Shown here one piece after another: positions 56,419 to 64,000 of a stretch of 64,000 bases of DNA (positions are counted from its first letter, which is position 1; each line of letters starts with the position of its first letter). Position numbers and translations under genes: made by a program. Under the pieces are notes generated by a model that ran no database searches, had not been told where the DNA came from, and saw only the letters and a program-made list of their open reading frames with translations. Source of the stretch: Rhodocyclaceae bacterium (GTDB lineage Bacteria; Pseudomonadota; Gammaproteobacteria; Burkholderiales; Rhodocyclaceae); contig JAGRGB010000051.1 of assembly GCA_020445745.1 (NCBI GenBank), positions 7,833-71,832 of the forward strand, given 5' to 3'.

Positions 56419-57318
56419 TCATGCCCGACTCCCGCCCGCGATCGCGCGTACGCGGTTGCCGCATCCCTCGTAATCGAGGCTGGCGAACGCCAACTGTCTG
56501 GCCAGCGCGATCCCCCGGCCGTTGGGGGCGAAGGCCCGCTCGGGATCGAATTCCAGGTACTGGTGCCAGTCGAAGCCCTGGCCCTGGTCCTCGATCAGGA
56601 ATTCCCAATCATCGTCCTTGCGCTCGACCGAAACCGTGACGCTGCGGCCGCGGTACTCGGGCAGGGCGAGGCGGCGCTCCACCTCCTCATGCCATCGGTC
56701 CACTTCCTTGAGCCGTGATTTCTCCGCGAAGCTGATCTCGAGATTGCCGTGCTCGATCGCATTGATCATCAACTCCGACAAGCCCATCGCACCAACCTGC
56801 GGCTCCGGGAACAGGTTGCCGAGCAGCGAGGCCAGGCGCTGGGCATCGTCCAGCGTGCGGATCCTGAAGGAGGCGGACTCGGCCAGTGCGATCACCGTGT
56901 TCTGGACGTCCACGTCCTGTGCCGTGGCGTGTCGCAGGGCGGAGTCTTCGAGGGCAGCACGGACGATCGTCTGCAACGCCTCCAGGTCGAAGGGCTTCGT
57001 CAGATAGTAGTGGGCGCCTGCCTGAAGACCTTCCCGCACCTGATCCGGCGACGCCGCCGCGGTCTGCATGATGACCGGGATGTCGGTCAGGCGCGCGTCG
57101 GCCTTGATGCGACGCAATACCTCGATGCCGTCGATGCCACGCATCATCCGATCGAGGACCACCAGGTCGAAGTGATTGCCGGGCCTGCGCAGCAAGTCCC
57201 AGGCATGCTCGCCACTGTCGGCCGTCACCAGCCGATAGCTCGGATCGTCCAGTGTCTCGGCGATGATGTCGAGATTGAACGGTTCGTCATCCACCACCAG
57301 TATTTGCATCTCGCTCAC
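56419..57318 (-). CDS. response regulator receiver fused to an RsbW/SpoIIAB-type GHKL ATP-binding (Ser kinase-like) domain
   Basis: 299 aa. REC: ILVVDDEP...LVVLDRMMRGIDG...YLTKP. GHKL N-box ELMINAIEHGN, G1 EDQGQGFD and G2 GRGIALAR. Confidence 0.85.
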   Translation of the reverse strand: MSEMQILVVDDEPFNLDIIAETLDDPSYRLVTADSGEHAWDLLRRPGNHFDLVVLDRMMRGIDGIEVLRRIKADARLTDIPVIMQTAAASPDQVREGLQAGAHYYLTKPFDLEALQTIVRAALEDSALRHATAQDVDVQNTVIALAESASFRIRTLDDAQRLASLLGNLFPEPQVGAMGLSELMINAIEHGNLEISFAEKSRLKEVDRWHEEVERRLALPEYRGRSVTVSVERKDDDWEFLIEDQGQGFDWHQYLEFDPERAFAPNGRGIALARQLAFASLDYEGCGNRVRAIAGGSRA

Positions 57319-57328
57319 GTCAGATCTC

Positions 57329-60300
57329 TCACACGATTTCTATGACGGCATGTTCGAGCGGCAGCAATATCTCGAACCGTGCGCCACCCTGGTCCTCGTT
57401 GCTCGCCGATATGGTGCCTGCCTGGGCCTCCACGATCCTGCGCGAAATAGCAAGTCCCGATCCGGTACCGCCGGCGCCGCGCTTGGTCTCCGAGCTCTGC
57501 ACGAATTTCTCGAAGATCGACTCGAGCTCCCCGTCGGGAATGCCGATCCCATCGTCCACTACGACCAGACGAGCGAAATGTGTAGTCCCGGTCGCCGGGT
57601 CGGAACCCGCGCACGGGAGTTCGACCTGGTCGAGGACGATCCGGATGCGCCCGCCGGCCGGGGTAAACCGGGCTGCATTCGACAACAGGTTGCCGACCAC
57701 CTGCCCGGTGCGCTCCGGGTCGCAGCGAACGCTCAGCGAGCAGGTCCGATCGAAATCGGATTCGACCCGGTGCGAGGCCATCGACACGCCGTGCTCTTCC
57801 AGCGCATCGGTGACGATCTCGACCAGATCGTGGCTGCCCATCCGCAGGCACAGGTGGCCCGACTCCAGTTTCGCCAGATCGAGCAGATCATTGAGCATGT
57901 CGAGCAGTCGCTCGCCGCTCTGGCGCACCCGGCGAAAATACTCGTGCAGCCGCTCCGGCGGCAGACGCTCGCCGCGACTTTCGCCGAGTCTGGCGTAGCT
58001 CAGGATCGCATGCAGCGGCGTACGCAACTCGTGGGACATGTTGGCGAGGAAGGACGACTTGGCGACGTTGGCAGCCTCGGCGGCCTCCTTGGCCGCCCGC
58101 AGGTCTCGGGTCTGCTCCCTCACCATTTCGGACAACTTGTCGCGATGGCGCCGAAGTTCGTCCTCCGCCCGCTTCAGGTCGGACACGTCGGTCGCGCTGC
58201 CGATGAAGCCGAGCAGCGAACCGTCCGCCTCGACAATCGGATCGGCGGTGGCCATCATCCAGCGGTAGCCGCCTTCGCGATGCCGCAGGCGGAACTCGAT
58301 GCCGAACGCCCGCCGAGATTCGATTCCGGCGTACTCGGCTGCCGCGCAGCGAACCCGATCCTCGGGATGGACGGCGTCGAGCCAGCCGCCCCCCAGACCA
58401 TCGATCAATTCGGTGCCGGTGAATTCGAGCCAGGTGCGATTGAGGTAGGTGACCCTGGCGTCCGGCGCCAGCATCCGGATCAGCACCGGCGCCGAGTCGG
58501 CGAGGCGCCGGAAGCGCTCCTCGGACTCGCGCAGCGCGGCCGCCGCGCGGCGCTGCTCGGTGATGTCGGCATGGCTGCCGATGACCCGCAGCGGACGACC
58601 GTCGGCATCGCGTTCGACGACCCGCCCGCGATCAAGCACCCAGATGTAGCCGCCCTCCCGCTGGAGCATGCGATATTCGTTGCGATAGAAGCCGGTATGC
58701 CCCTCTAGATGGTCCTGCACGCCATGGGCGACCTGGGCCAGGTCGTCCGGGTGGATGCGCGACCGCCATTCGTCGAGGGATGGGCCGATCTCGTCGCGGT
58801 GGTAACCGAGCATCTCGCACCAACGCGGCGAGTAATAGACTTCGTCGCGCGCCACGTGCCAGTCCCACACGCCCTCGCCCGAGCCCTCGAGGGCGAACTG
58901 CCAGCGTGCCTCGCAGTTGCGCAGAGCCTCTTCGTCGCGCCGTCGGGGCGACACGTCGCGCGCCACGCCGAGCACGCCGCAGGCCATGCCGGCGCGGTCC
59001 CGCACAGCCACCGTGCGCATTTCGGCGTACCATTCGCCGCCGTCCGGAAAGCGCAGCGCCTCTTCATGCACGCACGGCACCGGCGACGCTTCCGCCGAGC
59101 GGTCGGCGCCGCGCAGCCAGGCAGCCACGATCGGCGGCAAGCACTGTTCGTCGGTGCGGCCCAGCAGCGCGCCCGCGTCACTGCCGGCGAGGCGTTCGAA
59201 GGCCGCATTGCAATAGCGGTAACGACCGTGCCGGTCCTTGAACCACACCATGTCCGGCATTGCCGCCACCAGCGCGTTCAGGACGGCCTCTTGCTCTTCG
59301 AGTTCGCGCTCCGCCCGCCGCTGCCCGCTAATCGTGCGGATCGCCATCAGCACACCGCCGTCGCCGCCGGGAACGACACGTGCCCGATAGGCATGCAGAC
59401 CGCGACCCGTGTCTTCGTCCGAGAATTCGAGCGACTGCCAACGCCCCGCGGACAAGGTCGTGCACGCCGCCTCCCGCAGGCGCGCAGCCGTCGCCGCAGG
59501 CAGCGTCTGTTCGAGCGTTCCGCCCACCGAGCGTTCGCCGTCGAAGGGGCCGCCGCTCGTCCCCGGCTCCGGCCTGCACCAGCGGATGCGCAGGTCGGCA
59601 CCGAGTTCGAGCAAGGTGTCCGGGCTGGCCTGCAGCAACGCCGCGCGGGCCAGTTGGGCGGCACCCAGCGCCTCCTGTGCCTCGCGTGCCTGGCTCACGT
59701 CGTCGAGGCAAGCCCACCACCACGTGCCCGCCTCACCCCGTGGCAGCCGAGCCAGGCGGAGGCGTATCCGCCGGCGGGTTCCGTCCGCGGCCGGCATGTC
59801 GAATTCACTACCGCCACGATCGCTGTCGTCGCGGCACAAGGACGCCGCCAGTCGCGACGTTTCCGCCAGGATCGCTGTCGCGCCACGGCCCGCGGCTTCG
59901 GTGACGGACTCATTGTCGCCATCGATCAGCGCGCGAAAGGTCGGGTTGCCGAACACCACGCGCCAGTCCGCATCGAGCAGGGCGATGCCCAGCGGCAGCA
60001 CCTCCAGCAGGGTATCCAGTTGTTGCCGCAATGCGCGGCACTCGTCGATCTGCCGACTGACCGCGGAGACGTCCCGAACCACGCTCAACACCGCCGGCTC
60101 GCCATCCGCATCGGTGATCGGCAGATGCTCGAGCAGCCAGCATTGGCGGCGGTCGCCGGCATCGGCGAAACGCACTTCGGCAATGTCTGCCCGTCCCTTG
60201 GCGATCACCCCGGCGACACCGGACGACATCGCCTTCGCCAGTTCGTCGTCCCCCCGGCGCACGCCGCCCGGCTGCGCCCGCTGCGCCGAGCCGGGCAAGG

Positions 60301-61774
60301 CCTTCGCGGCCTGGTTGCTGATCCGGCAGCGCTGGTCCGCGGCGCGCACCGTCACCGCGAACGGCAAGGCGTCGACCACGCGGGCCAGGAAGCGCTGCGA
60401 TTGCAGGATCAGCGCCGTGCGCCGACTCTCGGCGCTGACATCCGAGATCGCTCCGACGATCCTGCCGATGTCGCCGGAATCGGAGCGCTCGACCCTGGCG
60501 CGAATGCGCAGCCGCTGCGCCAACGGGGCGGCCGGGCGGGCGCCCACTTCGACATCGAGGGCGATGTCGGATTCGAGCAAGCCGCGCAGCGACGCGAGCA
60601 GCGAACGCCTTTCGTGTCTGTCCACCAGGCGTAGGATCGGGCGCACAGTGGTCGCGCCGTCCCAGCCGGCACCCTCGAGGAGCTTGCGGGTACGGCAGTT
60701 CAGGTAGATCTCGCGGCATTGCGGCGACCATTCCCACACCCCCTCACCGGCCGCGTCGAGCGCCAACGCAAGCCGCGTCTCGCGCTCGCGCAGGCTGCCA
60801 TCGATGCGGGCCGCCGCCTGCAGCGCATGGCGACGACTGGTACCGCCGACATGGACCAGCCATGCGAGCAGCCCGCTCAAGGCCATGCCGACGATCGACG
60901 TCAGCAACGACGACACGCCGGCCGCCGCGGAAATCTGCCCATGCATCAGCAGGCGATAGCTTCTGGCTCCAACCGTCAGCGACCGTTCCCCGCCGTCGAT
61001 GCGTGGGATGTCGCCGGCGTCGTCGAACACGACGACCGGCTCCGGCTGGGTCGTGTCGAGCAGCCGCAGGCCGCCCGCGGCATGCTCTCCGGCCAACAGC
61101 CGGCCGAAGCTCACCACGACGAACGCCACGGCCCTTCCGCCACTGCGCGAAGCATCGCGCTGCTGCGCACGATCGACCGGCATCAGCATCAATGCTTCGA
61201 GCACGTTGCGCGGCGCCGCCGCAAACAGGCGGACCGGCGCGCTCAATGTCGGCATGCCGAGCTGGGCCGCGCGGTTCGCTGCGGTCACGACCTGCGGCAT
61301 CGAGCCCAGTCCTCTGGCTGCCGCGGGATGGTCCGCCAGCGGCCCGGCCGAAAGCTGTCGCAATCTCAGGGTGCCGTCGTCGTCCTGCTGCAGCAGGCCG
61401 GTCGCGAGCACCCCGTCGCGGGGTGACAACTCGCGGCCGGCGCGCTCGACATAGCGCTGCCAGAGTGCCTCGTCGGCCTCCGGGCTGGCGGTCAGGAATG
61501 CAGCGGCGGAGACCAGGAACTGCCGGTAGGTGGCGAATCGCGAAACCAGTCCGGTGGCGATCCGGCCACTGCTCTCGGTCGCCTGCCGCCGGGCCTCGGC
61601 ATCTTCGCTGCCCGCCTGACGCAGCGTGACGCCCAGCACCAGAAATGCACACAGCACGAAGATCGCGAGCGCCGGCGGATGGGGACGCCCGACGATGGCG
61701 ACACCGTCGCCCGGCGGGCGGAGCGACGGGGACGCGACCGCCCGGCTACAGGGCTCGTGGAGGAAGAAATGCAT
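57329..61774 (-). CDS. giant sensor histidine kinase: CHASE-like periplasmic domain, about 7 PAS/PAC repeats, HisKA and HATPase (no receiver)
   Basis: 1481 aa. Two TM helices flank a loop of about 250 aa. Seven PAC-type endings are visible (SDVSAES, RDVSAVS, DDVSQAR, RTISGQR, RDVSPRR, ADITEQR, TDVSDLK). The H-box is FLANMSHELRTPLHAI and the G-box is GGTGSGLAISRRIV. Confidence 0.9.
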   Translation of the reverse strand: MHFFLHEPCSRAVASPSLRPPGDGVAIVGRPHPPALAIFVLCAFLVLGVTLRQAGSEDAEARRQATESSGRIATGLVSRFATYRQFLVSAAAFLTASPEADEALWQRYVERAGRELSPRDGVLATGLLQQDDDGTLRLRQLSAGPLADHPAAARGLGSMPQVVTAANRAAQLGMPTLSAPVRLFAAAPRNVLEALMLMPVDRAQQRDASRSGGRAVAFVVVSFGRLLAGEHAAGGLRLLDTTQPEPVVVFDDAGDIPRIDGGERSLTVGARSYRLLMHGQISAAAGVSSLLTSIVGMALSGLLAWLVHVGGTSRRHALQAAARIDGSLRERETRLALALDAAGEGVWEWSPQCREIYLNCRTRKLLEGAGWDGATTVRPILRLVDRHERRSLLASLRGLLESDIALDVEVGARPAAPLAQRLRIRARVERSDSGDIGRIVGAISDVSAESRRTALILQSQRFLARVVDALPFAVTVRAADQRCRISNQAAKALPGSAQRAQPGGVRRGDDELAKAMSSGVAGVIAKGRADIAEVRFADAGDRRQCWLLEHLPITDADGEPAVLSVVRDVSAVSRQIDECRALRQQLDTLLEVLPLGIALLDADWRVVFGNPTFRALIDGDNESVTEAAGRGATAILAETSRLAASLCRDDSDRGGSEFDMPAADGTRRRIRLRLARLPRGEAGTWWWACLDDVSQAREAQEALGAAQLARAALLQASPDTLLELGADLRIRWCRPEPGTSGGPFDGERSVGGTLEQTLPAATAARLREAACTTLSAGRWQSLEFSDEDTGRGLHAYRARVVPGGDGGVLMAIRTISGQRRAERELEEQEAVLNALVAAMPDMVWFKDRHGRYRYCNAAFERLAGSDAGALLGRTDEQCLPPIVAAWLRGADRSAEASPVPCVHEEALRFPDGGEWYAEMRTVAVRDRAGMACGVLGVARDVSPRRRDEEALRNCEARWQFALEGSGEGVWDWHVARDEVYYSPRWCEMLGYHRDEIGPSLDEWRSRIHPDDLAQVAHGVQDHLEGHTGFYRNEYRMLQREGGYIWVLDRGRVVERDADGRPLRVIGSHADITEQRRAAAALRESEERFRRLADSAPVLIRMLAPDARVTYLNRTWLEFTGTELIDGLGGGWLDAVHPEDRVRCAAAEYAGIESRRAFGIEFRLRHREGGYRWMMATADPIVEADGSLLGFIGSATDVSDLKRAEDELRRHRDKLSEMVREQTRDLRAAKEAAEAANVAKSSFLANMSHELRTPLHAILSYARLGESRGERLPPERLHEYFRRVRQSGERLLDMLNDLLDLAKLESGHLCLRMGSHDLVEIVTDALEEHGVSMASHRVESDFDRTCSLSVRCDPERTGQVVGNLLSNAARFTPAGGRIRIVLDQVELPCAGSDPATGTTHFARLVVVDDGIGIPDGELESIFEKFVQSSETKRGAGGTGSGLAISRRIVEAQAGTISASNEDQGGARFEILLPLEHAVIEIV

Positions 61775-61868
61775 TCACGCCTTAACGGCGTGACCGCAAG
61801 CAAGTTGAGCCGCGCACGGCAGCGGTCGCGACGCCGCTGGCCCGCCCCGTGCGAAGGCTCCTGGCGCG

Positions 61869-62093
61869 TCACCCGCAAGGGAGCGAATCCTTGACGCCGA
61901 GCTTGCGCAGGAATATCTCGAGGGGACAGAAGCGGGTGAAACCACTCTGGAACAGGTTGGCACCGACGAAGGCGGTGAACCACAGGAAGTTGGCATTGAC
62001 GAACAGCGGCGAACCCTCGACGCCGAGGGCCAGCGAGATCAGCACGAAGGCTCCGGCGAAGATCCGGACGAACTGGTTGACTGTGAGATTCAT
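61869..62093 (-). CDS. DUF2892 (YgaP-like) small membrane protein
   Basis: 74 aa from ATG 62091-62093, forming an ATGA overlap with the RND stop. The sequence NQFVRIFAGAFVLISLALG...FVGANLFQSGFTRFCPLEIFLRKLG is the DUF2892 pattern. Confidence 0.7.
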   Translation of the reverse strand: MNLTVNQFVRIFAGAFVLISLALGVEGSPLFVNANFLWFTAFVGANLFQSGFTRFCPLEIFLRKLGVKDSLPCG

Positions 62094-64000
62094 GGTCTTG
62101 CTCCTTCTGGGTCGGCCTGCGCCTCGTGCCTGTGGCGGGCGGCGTAATAGAGAACCGGGATCACCACCAGCGTCAGCACGGTGGATACGAAGATGCCGAA
62201 GATCAGGCTGATCGCAAGGCCGTTGAAGATCGGGTCGTCGAGAATGAACAGGGCACCGATCATCGCCGCCAGCGCGGTCAGGCCGATCGGCTTGGCGCGT
62301 ACGCTGGCCGCCCGGATCACGGCTTCGGCAAACTCGATCCCCTGACTGCGCTGGTGGTTGATGAAATCCACCAGCAGGATGGAGTTGCGCACGATGATGC
62401 CGGCCAGCGCGATCATGCCGATCATCGACGTCGCGGTGAAATGGGCGCCCAGCAGCGCGTGGCCGGGCATCACGCCGATCACCGTGAGGGGGATCGGCGC
62501 CATGATGATCAGCGGTACCAGGTAGCTCTTGAACTGGGCCACCACCAGCAGGTAGATCAGCACGAGGCCGACCGCATAGGCGATGCCCATGTCGCGGAAG
62601 GTCTCGTAGGTGACCTGCCACTCGCCGTCCCATTTGATGCTGTAGCCGGCGTACGGATCGGCCGGTTGCGAGATGAAGTACTCGTCGACGCTGCCGGCCA
62701 GGCGGGGACCGTCGAGCTTGATGCCGGTGATCGCGCTGCGCATGTCGAACATGCCGTACAGCGGCGAATCCAGCGCACCGCCCATGTCGCCGGTGACATA
62801 GACGACCGGCAGCAGGTCCTTGTGGTAGATGACCTGCTCGCGCCGGCTCGGCCGTTCCTGCACGACCTCGGAGATCGGCACCAGGTGTCCGTCACGCGCC
62901 CGTACCCGCATCGCCAGCAACTCCTCCAGGCGCGCCTGGCGGCTCGCCGGCAGCTGCACCCGGACGGGAATCTCGTATTTGTTGTCGCTGCCATGCACCG
63001 GCGTCACCGACTCGCCCGCCAGGCCCATGCGCAGCACTTCGACGACATCGGCCTGGGCGACACCGATCAGCGCCGCCCGCGCCTGGTCCACCCGCAGCAC
63101 GATCTTCGGCGCGACCTCGTCGATCGAGTCGTCGATCGCGATGATGTCCGCGGTGGTTTCGAAGACATCGCGGATCTCTTGCGCCACCGCGATCTGGCCC
63201 TGGTAGTCGGGGCCATAGACCTCGGCGACGATCGGCGCCAGCACCGGCGGCCCGGGGGGCACCTCGACGACCCGCGCGTTGCCGCCGTAGCCGCGGGCGA
63301 TCTCGGCGACGCGGTCGCGCACCGCGATCGCGATCTCGTGGCTGGAGCGCGCCCGGTGATGCTTGTCGGCCAGATTGACCTGGATGTCGCCGAGTTCCGG
63401 CGCGGCGCGCAGATAATACTGGCGCACCAGGCCGTTGAAGTTGATCGGGCTCGCGGTGCCGGCGTAGGTCTGGTAGTCGGTGACTTCCGGCACCTGGGCG
63501 AGATGGGCACCGATCTCCTGCAGCACGCGCTGGGTCTGCTCGACCGGCGTGCCGACCGGCATGTCGAGCACCACCTGGAACTCGCTCTTATTGTCCAGCG
63601 GCAGCATCTTCAGCGCCACCAGCTTGACCACCGCCAGCGATACCGAGGCCGCGATCAGGCCGAGGATCAGCAACCACAGCAGGCCGCGATTACGCCCGCC
63701 GCGGCGCCGGTCGAGCAGCGGCCCCATGATGCGACGGAAGACGCGGTCGAGGGTCGCCGTCATGCGGTCCTCGCCGTGCCCGTGCGCCGGCGTCTTGTTC
63801 AGCATCAGCTGCGCCAGCCACGGCGTCACGACGAAGGCCACCGCCAGCGAGATGAACATCCCCATCGACGAATTGATCGGGATCGGGCTCATGTAGGGTC
63901 CCATCAGGCCACTGACGAAGGCCATCGGCAGCAAGGCCGCGATCACCGTGAAGGTGGCCAGGATGGTCGGCCCGCCGACCTCGTCGACGGCACCCGGAAT
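62090..64000 (-). CDS. RND efflux transporter permease (AcrB family), C-terminal two thirds; 5' end beyond window
   Basis: The frame is open to the window edge. RND TM7-12 and porter-domain features are present (GIAYAVGLVLIYLLVVAQFKS, IGMIALAGIIVRNSILLVDF). Confidence 0.93.
   Translation of the reverse strand: MPGAVDEVGGPTILATFTVIAALLPMAFVSGLMGPYMSPIPINSSMGMFISLAVAFVVTPWLAQLMLNKTPAHGHGEDRMTATLDRVFRRIMGPLLDRRRGGRNRGLLWLLILGLIAASVSLAVVKLVALKMLPLDNKSEFQVVLDMPVGTPVEQTQRVLQEIGAHLAQVPEVTDYQTYAGTASPINFNGLVRQYYLRAAPELGDIQVNLADKHHRARSSHEIAIAVRDRVAEIARGYGGNARVVEVPPGPPVLAPIVAEVYGPDYQGQIAVAQEIRDVFETTADIIAIDDSIDEVAPKIVLRVDQARAALIGVAQADVVEVLRMGLAGESVTPVHGSDNKYEIPVRVQLPASRQARLEELLAMRVRARDGHLVPISEVVQERPSRREQVIYHKDLLPVVYVTGDMGGALDSPLYGMFDMRSAITGIKLDGPRLAGSVDEYFISQPADPYAGYSIKWDGEWQVTYETFRDMGIAYAVGLVLIYLLVVAQFKSYLVPLIIMAPIPLTVIGVMPGHALLGAHFTATSMIGMIALAGIIVRNSILLVDFINHQRSQGIEFAEAVIRAASVRAKPIGLTALAAMIGALFILDDPIFNGLAISLIFGIFVSTVLTLVVIPVLYYAARHRHEAQADPEGARP

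Overview
The window is a GC-rich (roughly two-thirds G+C by eye, not computed), densely coding chromosomal segment. It resembles a beta- or gammaproteobacterium. I found no rRNA, tRNA, CRISPR array, IS element or prophage.

About 55 genes can be supported.

- **Housekeeping:** metG, dnaE, maeB, pckG, ampD, dsbB and mtnA.
- **Efflux:** a TetR-led RND operon with an AEC permease attached, and a second RND pump cut by the window edge.
- **Envelope glycosylation:** a Gtr-like operon of GT2, GtrA, a methyltransferase and a large polytopic membrane protein.
- **Ion transport:** a ten-gene Mrp/Mbh-type cation:proton antiporter operon with three MrpD paralogues and no MrpA.
- **Type IV pilus:** pilA with a sigma-54 promoter and TGTCA/TGACA enhancer repeats, a putative pilin accessory gene, pilR, pilS and a small PP0621-like protein.
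- **Methionine salvage:** mtnA, a class II aldolase and an aminotransferase.
- **c-di-GMP:** a PAS-GGDEF-EAL protein with a degenerate GGDEF, and a PilZ protein.

The most unusual locus is at 54.3-61.8 kb. It holds a 1481-aa CHASE/multi-PAS histidine kinase, a receiver fused to an RsbW-type kinase, a receiver-PAS-PP2C phosphatase and a PilZ protein. This looks like a partner-switching module under phosphorelay control, but the window has no STAS antagonist or sigma factor.

The ORF track contains many long antisense ORFs that are high-GC artefacts, which I rejected. All calls rest on reading the translations, motifs and local sequence by eye. I ran no database search or computation.
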